Made by a program: the position numbers and the translations under genes
Part shown: positions 48,490-57,888 of the stretch, in pieces
How positions within the stretch are numbered: position 1 is the first letter of the stretch
Layout: each line of letters starts with the position of its first letter
Notes under the pieces: generated by a model
Told to the model about the DNA's origin: nothing
The model's input: the letters and a program-made list of their open reading frames with translations, nothing else
Database searches by the model: none
DNA from: Roseibacillus sp.
Lineage (GTDB): Bacteria > Verrucomicrobiota > Verrucomicrobiia > Verrucomicrobiales > Akkermansiaceae
Assembly (NCBI GenBank): GCA_051251855.1
Contig: JBPOGI010000001.1
Span: 320,001 to 384,000, forward strand
Length of the DNA stretch: 64,000 nucleotides
Direction: 5' to 3'

Positions 48490-49893
48490 ATGTGCTCTTT
48501 TATGACTTTTCCGTTGGTCGGTGTCTTCTCCTTTTTTCTGTGTGTCGCTGCCGGAGGGCGGCCACCAAACTTTGTGGTGATTTTGACAGATGACCAAGGT
48601 TACGGAGATTTGGGGTGTTATGGAGGTGAACATGTAGAGACGCCGCGTATTGATCAGATGGCGGCGGAGGGAGCGAAGTTGACCAGCTTTTATGTGGCGG
48701 CTCCAGTCTGTACTCCTTCGCGAGCCGCGCTGATGACCGGTTGCTATCCCAAGCGAATCGATATGGCGACGGGATCGAATTTTGGAGTTCTTCTTGCGGG
48801 TGATAAGAAGGGGTTGAATCCAGATGAGATAACAATTGCTGAAGTGCTGAAGGAAGCTGGCTACAGAACGGGGATGTTTGGAAAATGGCATCTTGGCGAT
48901 CAGCCCGAGTTCATGCCCACGAATCAGGGGTTTGATGAGTTTTTCGGGATTCCCTACAGCCACGACATTCATTCCTTTCATCCTCGCCAAGAGCGATTCC
49001 AGTTCCCACTTCTTCCGCTCCTCGAGGGGGTAGAAGTGGTGGAGATGGAACCTGATGCCGACTACCTGACGAAGCGCTTCACTGAGCGGGCGGTGAGCTT
49101 CATTGAGAAACATAAGGACGAGCCCTTCTTCCTTTACCTGCCACATCCGATTCCACATGCGCCTTTGCATGTCTCGCCTCCATTTATGAAAGGAGTCTCC
49201 GAGGATATTGTGGCGAAGTTGGCGAAAGAAGATGGCAATATCGATTACAGGACAAGGGATGAGCTCTTCAAGCAGGCGATTGCTGAGATTGATTGGTCCG
49301 TAGGACAAATCCTCGACACCCTCAAGGGTAACGGGCTGGATGAGAACACCCTCGTTATTTTCACTTCGGACAATGGGCCTCCGAAGAACACGATCTATGC
49401 TAGTCCCGGTGTCCTACGCGGCAACAAGGGCTCTACTTTGGAAGGAGGGATGCGCGAACCAACAGTCATCCGTTGGCCGGGAAGAATCCCCGCCGGCGGT
49501 GCTAATGACGAATTAATGACTACGATGGATCTGTTGCCTACGTTTGCGAAGCTAGCTGGGGCTGTCGTGCCCAATGATCGCGTTATTGATGGTAAAGATA
49601 TTTGGCCGACTCTGATTGGTGAAGGCAAGACCCCTCACGAGGCCTTTTTCTATCACAGCGGAAACACCTTGAGCGCGGTGAGAGCGGGGAAATGGAAACT
49701 CCACTGGAAAAAGAGAAAGCCGGCTCAGCTTTACAACTTGGAGAGCGACATTAGGGAGGAGAATAATCTTCTCGAGACTGAGCCTCAGGTTGCTCAGAGA
49801 CTTATGGGCTATTTGAAGGCATTCGAGAAAGAGATTACTGAGAATCGTCGACCAGCCGCATTCGTTGAGAAACCAGATGTCTTCTCAAAGTGA
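48490..49893 (+). CDS. Exported arylsulfatase-family sulfatase, paralogous to 37164-38507
   Basis: PPNFVVILTDDQGYGD, CTPSRAALMTG, FGKWHLG, FTSDNG. The start may be 48502. Confidence 0.94.
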   Translation: MCSFMTFPLVGVFSFFLCVAAGGRPPNFVVILTDDQGYGDLGCYGGEHVETPRIDQMAAEGAKLTSFYVAAPVCTPSRAALMTGCYPKRIDMATGSNFGVLLAGDKKGLNPDEITIAEVLKEAGYRTGMFGKWHLGDQPEFMPTNQGFDEFFGIPYSHDIHSFHPRQERFQFPLLPLLEGVEVVEMEPDADYLTKRFTERAVSFIEKHKDEPFFLYLPHPIPHAPLHVSPPFMKGVSEDIVAKLAKEDGNIDYRTRDELFKQAIAEIDWSVGQILDTLKGNGLDENTLVIFTSDNGPPKNTIYASPGVLRGNKGSTLEGGMREPTVIRWPGRIPAGGANDELMTTMDLLPTFAKLAGAVVPNDRVIDGKDIWPTLIGEGKTPHEAFFYHSGNTLSAVRAGKWKLHWKKRKPAQLYNLESDIREENNLLETEPQVAQRLMGYLKAFEKEITENRRPAAFVEKPDVFSK

Positions 49894-49921
49894 TCGTAGA
49901 AAGGGTCATTTCCCCTATTTA

Positions 49922-50230
49922 GCTACGGCTTTTAGTTCGGAAGAACGCTGACGCATTTCGGCGAGGACTTTGGCGTGAGGAAGAATCTTCTGGGCTAGTT
50001 CCGGCAGGGTGTTCTTCGTAGTTGGTCGTGCTATCTCCGTCGGCATCGTCTAGTTGCGAGTCAAGGTTTCCAAAGAGGTACTGGGACCATTGCTCGAATG
50101 ACTCGCCTCCGCGGGAGAGGTTGATTCGGTTGATGAGGCTTTGGCTGGAGAAGCCGTAGTTGAAAGTGGCTCTGCCTGCTAGGAAGGTTTCAGTGAGGAG
50201 TCGCGGGGAGACAGGGTTGGATGGGCGGTT
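49922..50230 (-). pseudogene. Probable remnant of the C-terminus of an extracellular protein
   Basis: Frame encodes FEQWSQYLFGNL...DDADGDSTTNYEEHPAGTSPEDSSS, similar to the C-terminal motif of the 38531-42202 sulfatase, but there is no credible start or signal peptide. Confidence 0.5.
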
Positions 50231-50246
50231 TCCTTCAGTGGAATTA

Positions 50247-51653
50247 CTAGGAAAAGAGTTCGCCAAAGGCCAGGCCGAGAGCGTTGGCGGTATCGCTAGG
50301 GGTGAGCGACTGTTCGCTGGTTTGGGCTTTCTCAGCTGCTCGCCCACAAATCCAAGCTCCCGCGCGGCCAGCTTCGAAAGACGTTAATTTTTGAGCGAGG
50401 AGAGCCCCGATGACTCCAGAAAGAAGGTCTCCCTGACCGCCGCATGCCATCCCTGGTGTTCCCGTGGTGTTGTAGTGGAGAAATTCGCCTCGCTTTGTCA
50501 CTATGGTGCGCGCTCCTTTGAAAAGAAGAGTAGCGGGATACATCTCGGTGAAGGCTCTGGCTAGATCTGCGCGGGTGCCCGTCATTGGCAGGAGGCGCGC
50601 CAGCTCACCAGGGTGAGGGGTGGCGATGATGTTTTCGGTGAGCAGGTCGTGCCGGTTGTGGCTTGCGATTAGGTTGAGAGCGTCGGCATCGAGCACGGTC
50701 GGGAGAGAGGAGGATTCTAGCAGATTGAAGAGCGCTTCTGGATGTTCGGCTCCCAAACCTGGCCCGATTACCAGAGCGTCTGGGGCTAGTTCAAAGACTT
50801 CCGTCCAATCCTTTGCTCGTTGTCGGACCATGATTTCGGGCGAAGGGGTGGGGTGGCCTTCGGTCCAAAGGGTGATGAGTCCTGCGCCAGCCCGAAGCGC
50901 TCCTTCACTCGTTAGGGTGGCCGCTCCAAGCAATCCCGGAGAGCCAGCTATGATGGCGACTCGCCCAGCTTGCCCCTTGTGATAGGAAAAGGGACGAGGA
51001 GGGAAGAGGGGGCGGAGGCTAGAGGGGGTGATGAGTTGGTCTCCGGTTGTGGGAATAGGCAGTTCAGACAACTTAATGAGCGTCAGTCGTCCCACGAAAT
51101 CGATGGCAGAATCAACGACTAGTCCACTCTTCGGAATGCCGACTGTGAGGGTGTGATCTGCGATAACGTGACCTCTACTACCATCATCCGGATGGAGACC
51201 AGAGGGGATGTCCATGGCGATGGTACGGGCACCCTCAGCGAGCCGAAGCTGGTTCATTTCGTCGCCTAACTCTCCCAAGGACCCCTGTAAAGCTCCTTTC
51301 GCTCCGATACCTAAGAGGCCATCTAACAGTAGAAGGGGTTGTCGTGGTAGCGCTGATTCTTGCGGTTTGATAAGGCGTAGTTTTTCAAGAGTGAGTGGGG
51401 CTAACTCTTCTTCCGGAAAAGGACATCGAATCGAGGTTTGCCAGCCTGCTCTTTGCAAGTGCCGTAGCACGACGAGAGCGTCCCCGGCATTGTGTCCTTT
51501 GCCAAGAAAGGCCACGACTCGTCCGGGACTCGGGTAGTCGGACAAGATTATCCCAGCCATGACTAAGCCCACTTTTTCCATGAGTTCATCGGCATGGACG
51601 CCTTTTGCAAAGGCAGTTTTCTCAATGAGCTGAACTTGATGGGCAGTGAGCAT
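50247..51653 (-). CDS. nnr: Bifunctional NAD(P)H-hydrate epimerase/dehydratase
   Basis: YjeF N-domain (LME, GKGHNAGDA, DGLLGIG, DIPSG) and C-domain (HKG..G, IGPGLG, LDADAL, TPHPGE, GGQGDLLSG). Confidence 0.95.
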   Translation of the reverse strand: MLTAHQVQLIEKTAFAKGVHADELMEKVGLVMAGIILSDYPSPGRVVAFLGKGHNAGDALVVLRHLQRAGWQTSIRCPFPEEELAPLTLEKLRLIKPQESALPRQPLLLLDGLLGIGAKGALQGSLGELGDEMNQLRLAEGARTIAMDIPSGLHPDDGSRGHVIADHTLTVGIPKSGLVVDSAIDFVGRLTLIKLSELPIPTTGDQLITPSSLRPLFPPRPFSYHKGQAGRVAIIAGSPGLLGAATLTSEGALRAGAGLITLWTEGHPTPSPEIMVRQRAKDWTEVFELAPDALVIGPGLGAEHPEALFNLLESSSLPTVLDADALNLIASHNRHDLLTENIIATPHPGELARLLPMTGTRADLARAFTEMYPATLLFKGARTIVTKRGEFLHYNTTGTPGMACGGQGDLLSGVIGALLAQKLTSFEAGRAGAWICGRAAEKAQTSEQSLTPSDTANALGLAFGELFS

Positions 51654-51758
51654 AGGCCTAGAGGTTAGCTGAAAAGGCGATTTTGGACGACTTTAATAGC
51701 TGCCGCGGTGCTGACCTTTCTGGCAGTCGTTCCCAGAAGCGGTTTCTTGGTCTAATTT

Positions 51759-51785
51759 GGCAAGAGCTGCGGATGAGAGGGCAAG
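51759..51785 (+). promoter_or_regulatory. GCAA-N17-GCAA direct repeat, putative AraC-family site upstream of a USP gene
   Basis: GGCAAG at 51759 and 51780 (21-bp period). Confidence 0.6.
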
Positions 51786-51841
51786 GTAGGAAGAGTCACT
51801 GCGTGGGAAGTAAGCCAGTGTTTCGGCGAAAGGAAATGAGA

Positions 51842-52723
51842 ATGAAGAAAGTGATCGTGGTGGGAATTGATTTTTCGGAGTGTTCTCTTGGGGCGCTGCA
51901 AGAGGGCGCTCGATTGGCGAGTCTATGGGGGGGTGCGCTCCACCTTGTTCATATTGTGAATACGAAATTCTTTGAGCGAGAAGTTGATGAAAGCTATTTG
52001 ACGGAAGAAGTCGTGCTCAACGCTGCCCGAGAAGCTCTCGAGAATGTTGCAAGCGAGACCCTGGGCGCAGATGCGGCCTATCAAAGTCATGTTGCGGCGG
52101 GGCATCCCATCTACGGCCTTTTGGATCAAGTGAGTGAATTGAAGGCAGACCTTCTGGTGCTGGGGCGACAGGGAAATCATTTGAAGACTGCTCGTGATCC
52201 GGGTTCGGTTTCCCGAAGGGTCGCAACCTATGCTTCCTGTTCCGTTTTGCTGGTGGACTCCCATCGTCCTTCGTCGGAGGTGGTGCTTGCGTGTCTTGAT
52301 TTTTCAGAGTCAGCAGAGCGGGCGGTCGAGTTGGCTGCGAAGATGGCAGTGGAGTCAGGGAAGGACCTTTACCTTCTTCATATTGTTCCTTCTCTGAACG
52401 AACTCAGGGGGCCGTATTACGGACTCACCATTTTAGAAGAGAGTGATTATGAAAAATTGGTGCTCAGGGATAAGGAGAAGCTCAAAGTTTTTGCGGCCGC
52501 ACTTAAGGAGGAGCACCCTGTTCTGAGAATTGAAACGATTTTGGAGACTGGGGCTGCAATTCCATGTTTGATTTGTCGGACGACAGACCACGTTCATGCG
52601 GATCTTGTTGTCTTAGGCGCAAGCGGAAGCTCGGGCCTCATTACCAGATTTCTAGGAACCAATGCGGAGCGGGTGAACCAGGATTGCGCCTGTTCGGTTT
52701 TGACCGTTCGAGGGGAATGCTAG
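51842..52723 (+). CDS. Tandem-domain universal stress protein
   Basis: IVVGIDFSECS, ADLLVLG, LACLDFSESA, ADLVVLGASG...FLGTNAERV...CSVLTVR. Confidence 0.93.
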   Translation: MKKVIVVGIDFSECSLGALQEGARLASLWGGALHLVHIVNTKFFEREVDESYLTEEVVLNAAREALENVASETLGADAAYQSHVAAGHPIYGLLDQVSELKADLLVLGRQGNHLKTARDPGSVSRRVATYASCSVLLVDSHRPSSEVVLACLDFSESAERAVELAAKMAVESGKDLYLLHIVPSLNELRGPYYGLTILEESDYEKLVLRDKEKLKVFAAALKEEHPVLRIETILETGAAIPCLICRTTDHVHADLVVLGASGSSGLITRFLGTNAERVNQDCACSVLTVRGEC

Positions 52724-52743
52724 GTGGTGGGGATGGAGTCTTC

Positions 52744-53322
52744 TCAGGTGAAACTAGGAGCCTTCTCACCCGCTAGTGAGCAAAAGGTATCCAGCCACTT
52801 CGTAGTGCTCTCGAAGAGTTTGTTCGTAGGTGATTCAGCGGCATTCTGATAGGCTAGCTGGGCACTCTTAATTTGGGAGTCTGGGGCTCCGAGGTTTTTC
52901 AGGGTCGTCTCGATAGCTTTGGGGAGGCCTTCCTGAAATTCATGTTCGGGAAAAAGGCAGGTGGAGAGGTAGGCGAAGGGAGAACCATTGGCTCTGACGG
53001 GGGCGACATGAACACGGAGTCCAAAGTAGCAGGGGCAGTCCACAGCATCTTGGGTGGCGACAATTCTGATTCGGTGGTGACAGGCCTCGCAGACCGATTG
53101 AGTGAGAGCTTCCTCCTGCATGGCTTGACAAAAGGAGTTTCGAGTGGTGCCGATGGATTCACTAACTTGGTTGTTAGCGTCCTCTAGGCGTAGCGGAAGG
53201 CCTGTTGCCGCTTCGAAGGCGACAGCGAAGTCTTTCAGGAGCTTGCTTTGAGAGAAACTCTGAAAGAGTTCTTCGTTCTGAGTGCTTGCATCCTTCTGGT
53301 TGTGCGTTGTGGTTGAGTTCAT
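52744..53322 (-). CDS. Stand-alone PocR-type sensory domain protein (no HTH)
   Basis: AFEAATGLPL..NSFC..CEACH..CYFGL..APV aligns by eye with the N-terminal domain of 59303-60226. Confidence 0.8.
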   Translation of the reverse strand: MNSTTTHNQKDASTQNEELFQSFSQSKLLKDFAVAFEAATGLPLRLEDANNQVSESIGTTRNSFCQAMQEEALTQSVCEACHHRIRIVATQDAVDCPCYFGLRVHVAPVRANGSPFAYLSTCLFPEHEFQEGLPKAIETTLKNLGAPDSQIKSAQLAYQNAAESPTNKLFESTTKWLDTFCSLAGEKAPSFT

Positions 53323-54047
53323 AGCGTGGTGGTTTCTGATGAGTTCTTGGGAGCGTGATTACTGATTTCGATGGGGGTGCCCCGGTTCGCCCATTGGTAG
53401 AAGAATCGTGCCGGATTCCCATCCGTGAGTGGGACTCGGATACAGCCATGAGAAGCCGGATAGTTGGGAACGGAAGAGAATCCGTGGATGAAGATGTGGC
53501 CGTTGACCTGGACCGACCAAGGCATGGGAGCGTTGTGGTAGAGGCTGGAGTAGTGGCGCTTTGCCTTGTAGGGGCCGGCTCGAAAATGACCTATGGGGGT
53601 GCGGCCGTTCTTGCCTGAACTGATGCGGGTCTTGAGGACCAGCCGGTCTCCTTGCCATGCTGAAAGGCGCTGGGTCGAGAGATTGATAAAGACGCGCTTT
53701 GATCCGATGTGAACGGAGAGCTGCTGGCGACCTTTTTTTAGGATGATATCTTCGGCGTTGGACGCGGGTGTTCGCTGAAAGCCTTTTTTTTCCAAGGTCG
53801 TTAGGTTCACAAGAGGAGTGCCATCGACGAGACTACGCGTGCTTGGGGCGCTGGTGTTCTTTGGCAAAAAGGACTGTACCTCGGGGAGGGGGAGGAACAC
53901 TGAGGACCCAGTGTCTGCGAAGGTGATGCCTTGAAGTGGCTTCTGTGTGCTCGATGCACCCGCCAGCTTGGTGCTTGTTGGCAGTGTCTGGCAAGCGGTG
54001 AAAGTAGAGCAGCAAAGAACGAGGGCGAGGGTGTTCAGATTGGTCAT
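53319..54047 (-). CDS. L,D-transpeptidase family lipoprotein (YkuD domain)
   Basis: Lipobox-like FTAC; INLSTQRL, ISSGK..TP.G.F, FIHG...PASHGCIR. Its stop overlaps the next ATG. Confidence 0.9.
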   Translation of the reverse strand: MTNLNTLALVLCCSTFTACQTLPTSTKLAGASSTQKPLQGITFADTGSSVFLPLPEVQSFLPKNTSAPSTRSLVDGTPLVNLTTLEKKGFQRTPASNAEDIILKKGRQQLSVHIGSKRVFINLSTQRLSAWQGDRLVLKTRISSGKNGRTPIGHFRAGPYKAKRHYSSLYHNAPMPWSVQVNGHIFIHGFSSVPNYPASHGCIRVPLTDGNPARFFYQWANRGTPIEISNHAPKNSSETTTL

Positions 54048-54054
54048 CTGCACC

Positions 54055-54115
54055 AGTTTAGTGCCTCAGGCACTGGCAGCTTCGCCTCCATTGCTCAGCT
54101 TAGCGCACGCTTTGG
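54055..54115 (-). promoter_or_regulatory. Putative promoter: CCAA-N17-GCAA plus -10 TAAACT
   Basis: Plus-strand TTGC 54091 and TTGG 54112; AGTTTA 54055-54060 lies 7 nt before the ATG at 54047. Confidence 0.5.
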
Positions 54116-54128
54116 CAGGGGGAGGCTC

Positions 54129-56786
54129 TCATTGATGGTTTTGATTTCGCCAAGCAGCCCAACCGCGACCTACAAGGAGCGGGAAAAAGCTGCCGATAGC
54201 GATGAGTGTCCAGCCAACTTTTCCAGGGATGGTGAGTGAGAGAACAGTGGCAGGAAGGGGGAGAAAGAGCGCGCAGGATAGGATCAGGAGACAAAGAGCG
54301 AGCGCCCCCCACACCCACGAGTTTCGGGTGATTTCATTGTGAAAAATTCTGCTTCCTCGCTCGGTAATATTGAAGACATGCAAGAGCTGGGCCAGAGCCA
54401 GAATGAGGAAGGCGATGGTGACCGCTTCCTGCGCGGGAAGGTGGTAGGTAAAGAGGGCGAGGGTGAAGCAGGTCAGAACGGTGGCACTGATTAGGAGACT
54501 GAAGAGGGTAATGCGCAGCCATTCCTTGCGGGCAATGAGGGGTTCTCCGATATCACGCGGAGTTTGAGACATCATGGATGAATTTCCTCGACCCATCCCT
54601 AGCGCAAGGGCGGGGAAGACATCGGTGACCATGTTGAGAAAGAGAATTTGGAGCGGCAGGAGTGGCAAAGGACCGTTGAATCCTGCAGAGAGGCCGATGA
54701 TGAGGACTTCGCTCAAATTACAGGACATGAGGTAGACCACAAACTTGCGAATATTGCTAAAGATGACTCGTCCCTCTTGGATGGCCATCACGATGGTGGC
54801 GAAGGAGTCATCCTTGAGGACCATGTCAGAAGCCTCGCGCGCGACCTCGGTGCCACGCTGGCCCATTGCGATACCAATATCGGCCTTTTTGAGGGCGGGA
54901 GCGTCGTTGACACCATCACCCGTCATAGCGACAACCGAGCCGTGCTCTTGATGGCATTGCACAATGTCCAGCTTGTCCTTGGGGGTGACGCGAGCGAAAA
55001 TGTCAGTTGTTATGAGTTCGCTCTGGTCCTCTTTCTCTAACAAGTCAGCGAGCTCACTTCCGGTCACGCAGATTGGCTCCCGACCCTTTTGGCCGATGCC
55101 TAAGCTTTTGGAGACATGTTGCGCGGTGCCGGCTTGGTCGCCGGTAATCATGACTACTCGAATGCCTGCATTCTGGCACTGTTGCAAGCAGTCTTGAATT
55201 TCGTGTCGTGGAGGATCGAGGAAGCAGGCCAGTCCGAGAAAAGTAAGATTTTGGTAGGGGTCGGCCTTGAGGTCGGAAACGGTTTGATAGGCGAGAGCCA
55301 AGACTCGCTTACCCGCAAGAGCGAGTTCGTTGTTCTGATCGAGCCATCGATTGCGAGCTGTGGTGGTGAACGGACGGGAAATTCCGAGGTGTTCTTCTTG
55401 AGTCACCAAAGGAAGGATGACTTCGGGTGCTCCTTTGACCGCTACGAGGTAGCCTTCCTCGTCCTCGTGAAAGGTGGCCATTCGCTTCTCTTTTGAATCG
55501 AAGGCTTCTTCCCTCACGAGAGGCATTTCTTTTCGGATGCTCTCCCAATTGAGCTCATTGATGGTTGCGGCATTGAGGAGAGCGATTTCGACGGGATCGC
55601 CGATGGTTTGCTTGGGCGAGGGGGTGGAACGGTTGCAGAGAAGACCAATTTGGAGGGCTCGTTGAATGGCTTCCTCTTTTCCCTTGTCGCTATCGATGGG
55701 GTAGCAGCCGGAGGGGGTGACTAGCTCTGTTAGAGTCATTTTGTTCTCGGTCAGAGTTCCCGTTTTATCGGAACAGATCAGAGTGGTGGCTCCCAGAGTT
55801 TCGACTGCGGAGAGGCGATTGATGAGAGCGTTGGAGCGAGCCATGCGCCACATTCCTCGGGCAAGGGAAAGCGTTGCAATGACGGGCAAACCTTCGGGAA
55901 TGGCGGCCACAGCAAGGGCAATGGAAGTCTCTATCATGAGGTAGAGTTCCTTTCCTGAGAGGAGACCGACCCCCAGAGTGCAAAGGGCGATCAAGAGGGT
56001 TATCCCAATCAATTTTCGCCCAAGGAGAGCGAGATTTTTTTCTAGGGGAGTGTCGTCGGATTCAGTTTTACTGACGAGGGAGGAGATTTGGCCAAGTTCA
56101 GTCCCAAGTCCGGTGGCTACCACGACCGCGCTGGCGGTTCCGCGCGTGATCGATGTTCCGCGATAGAGCATGTTCTTTCTCTCGGCCAAGAGAGTGGTCG
56201 GCGGGAGTTCGGCTGGATCTTTGCTGGCGGGAAAGGATTCTCCGGTGAATAGGGACTCATCGACTAGGAGGCGAGAGGCGGTGATGATTCTAAGATCAGC
56301 TCCGACCACATCACCGGCTTCGATAACGACGAGGTCCCCTGGAACCAATTCCTCGGAAGGGACTCTCTGTACTTGGCCGTTCCGGCGCACTCGGGTTGTG
56401 ATTTGAGTGAACTTGCGGAGGGATTCCATCGAGCGGACCGCCCCCAGTTCAGTGAGATAGCCGATGGCAACATTAATGAGAACGACCACGCAAATGGCGC
56501 TCCCTTCTACCCAGTTCTGAAAGGCGAAGGAGAGAACTGCCGCAAAGGTGAGCAGGACGACCAGAAGATTTTGAAACTGGCTGAGAAGGATTTGAATCCA
56601 AGGTCTCTTAACGGCTTCTTGAAGTAAATTGGGACCGTGCTTCTGAAGTCGAGTTTGGCATTCTTGTGTGCTGAGACCATCATCTGGGGAGGTCTTCAGT
56701 TGCGTCAAAAGGAGAACGAGTGATTCCGCCCAAGGTTGGTCGCGGAGTAGGATTCTTGGCGTTCCGGTAGAGAGAGGGATCTTCAC
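54129..56786 (-). CDS. Cation-transporting P-type ATPase (type IIA, Ca2+/CtpF-like)
   Basis: TGES, IPEGL, CSDKTGTLT, KGAPE, MITGD, MTGDGVNDAPALK, LFLNMVTD. Confidence 0.95.
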   Translation of the reverse strand: MKIPLSTGTPRILLRDQPWAESLVLLLTQLKTSPDDGLSTQECQTRLQKHGPNLLQEAVKRPWIQILLSQFQNLLVVLLTFAAVLSFAFQNWVEGSAICVVVLINVAIGYLTELGAVRSMESLRKFTQITTRVRRNGQVQRVPSEELVPGDLVVIEAGDVVGADLRIITASRLLVDESLFTGESFPASKDPAELPPTTLLAERKNMLYRGTSITRGTASAVVVATGLGTELGQISSLVSKTESDDTPLEKNLALLGRKLIGITLLIALCTLGVGLLSGKELYLMIETSIALAVAAIPEGLPVIATLSLARGMWRMARSNALINRLSAVETLGATTLICSDKTGTLTENKMTLTELVTPSGCYPIDSDKGKEEAIQRALQIGLLCNRSTPSPKQTIGDPVEIALLNAATINELNWESIRKEMPLVREEAFDSKEKRMATFHEDEEGYLVAVKGAPEVILPLVTQEEHLGISRPFTTTARNRWLDQNNELALAGKRVLALAYQTVSDLKADPYQNLTFLGLACFLDPPRHEIQDCLQQCQNAGIRVVMITGDQAGTAQHVSKSLGIGQKGREPICVTGSELADLLEKEDQSELITTDIFARVTPKDKLDIVQCHQEHGSVVAMTGDGVNDAPALKKADIGIAMGQRGTEVAREASDMVLKDDSFATIVMAIQEGRVIFSNIRKFVVYLMSCNLSEVLIIGLSAGFNGPLPLLPLQILFLNMVTDVFPALALGMGRGNSSMMSQTPRDIGEPLIARKEWLRITLFSLLISATVLTCFTLALFTYHLPAQEAVTIAFLILALAQLLHVFNITERGSRIFHNEITRNSWVWGALALCLLILSCALFLPLPATVLSLTIPGKVGWTLIAIGSFFPLLVGRGWAAWRNQNHQ

Positions 56787-56796
56787 TTTCTCGGCG

Positions 56797-56935
56797 AGTA
56801 TGAACTAAGGGTTGGAGATAGATTCAGCGTCGGCTGCTTATCTTTGAGCACGGCTTGCAGAGACCGCTTCGCCGCAATTAATGCCATCTCGAGGTCAATG
56901 GATGCCGAGTTCTTTGATGCGTCGAAGGGTATTCT
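56797..56935. promoter_or_regulatory. Divergent promoter region with two 21-bp-period GCAA-type repeats
   Basis: Minus strand: GCAA (56858-55), GCAG (56837-34), -10-like CATACT (56802-797). Plus strand: GCAA 56874, TCAA 56895, -10-like TATTCT 56930. Confidence 0.55.
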
Positions 56936-56943
56936 CCTTCACT

Positions 56944-57783
56944 ATGATTCATCCCATTCGACGCATTCTGGTTCCCCTTGACCCCTCGGCCTATACCCAT
57001 GCCTCTACCATTCATGCTTGTCGCATTGCAAAGGCACACAATGCCACGGTCTCGGGATTGGCTGTTTTCGATTCGCCGGAGATTCGGAGTCTTCTCTCAC
57101 CTTCGGTTCCTTCGAGCTTGCCGTTTATTGAGAGTTTCATCAAGAAACACAGCGACCATGCCCACAAGAAACTCGACCTGGAGGATGAGAAGTTTCGTGA
57201 ACGTTGCACTCGCGAAGGGGTCGCATTCTCCGAGAGGGAGGTAGAAGGAATGCCTCAGGAACTCATTCTGGAGTCAGCTGCTCTCTATGATCTTGTGGTG
57301 ATGGGGTTGCGCACATTCTACCAGTTTGAGACGAAGAACGAAGACGGTGATTTGCTCAGTAAAGTCTTGAGCCGATCCTCTACTCCCATTCTGGCCGTCC
57401 CGAAAAAGGTGAAGCCGCTCAAGAAAGTTCTCGTGGCCTACGATGGTAGTTTTTCGGCTGCCCGGGCAGCGCGCGATTTTCTCGATTTTTCCTGCGTTCT
57501 GGACTTTGAGATCGACCTTTTTTGTTGTCACGATGATGTGGCTCAAGCCGAGTTCTTGTTGAACAAGCTCGAAAGTTTTTTCGAAGTTCATAGCCGTTCC
57601 ATTCATCAGAAAATCATCAGGAGTGGTTCTGAAAACGAATTGGTTGAGAGCGATTTTTTTGACCCTTACGACCTCGTGGTCTGCGGCACTCACGGGCATC
57701 GTCAACTCTCGGATTTCTTTGTGGGGAGCTTTTCCAAAAAGCTCATCGAGAAGAACGAGCGCTGCCTCTACCTTTCCCATTAG
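56944..57783 (+). CDS. Tandem-domain universal stress protein
   Basis: RILVPLDPS, YDLVVMG, KVLVAYDGSFSA, DLVVCGTHG...FFVGS. Confidence 0.92.
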   Translation: MIHPIRRILVPLDPSAYTHASTIHACRIAKAHNATVSGLAVFDSPEIRSLLSPSVPSSLPFIESFIKKHSDHAHKKLDLEDEKFRERCTREGVAFSEREVEGMPQELILESAALYDLVVMGLRTFYQFETKNEDGDLLSKVLSRSSTPILAVPKKVKPLKKVLVAYDGSFSAARAARDFLDFSCVLDFEIDLFCCHDDVAQAEFLLNKLESFFEVHSRSIHQKIIRSGSENELVESDFFDPYDLVVCGTHGHRQLSDFFVGSFSKKLIEKNERCLYLSH

Positions 57784-57799
57784 AAGGCAGCGGGGGTCA

Positions 57800-57824
57800 G
57801 CAATCCCTGCTGGAACGAGGGCAA
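57800..57824 (+). promoter_or_regulatory. GCAA-N17-GCAA direct repeat upstream of the SpoIIAA-like gene
   Basis: GCAA at 57800 and 57821. Confidence 0.55.
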
Positions 57825-57888
57825 GAGACGCGGAGCCCTATCTAATGGATTCTGCTGAGATAAATAGGCTTCCCAAAAAAAAATCATC

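Noticed and set aside
48199..49308. 369-aa minus-strand ORF
   Set aside because: It is antisense to a clear sulfatase and has no independent support.
52720..52746. UGA read-through (selenocysteine) at the end of the stand-alone PocR gene
   Set aside because: The frame closes at TAG a few codons later, with no HTH or conserved continuation.
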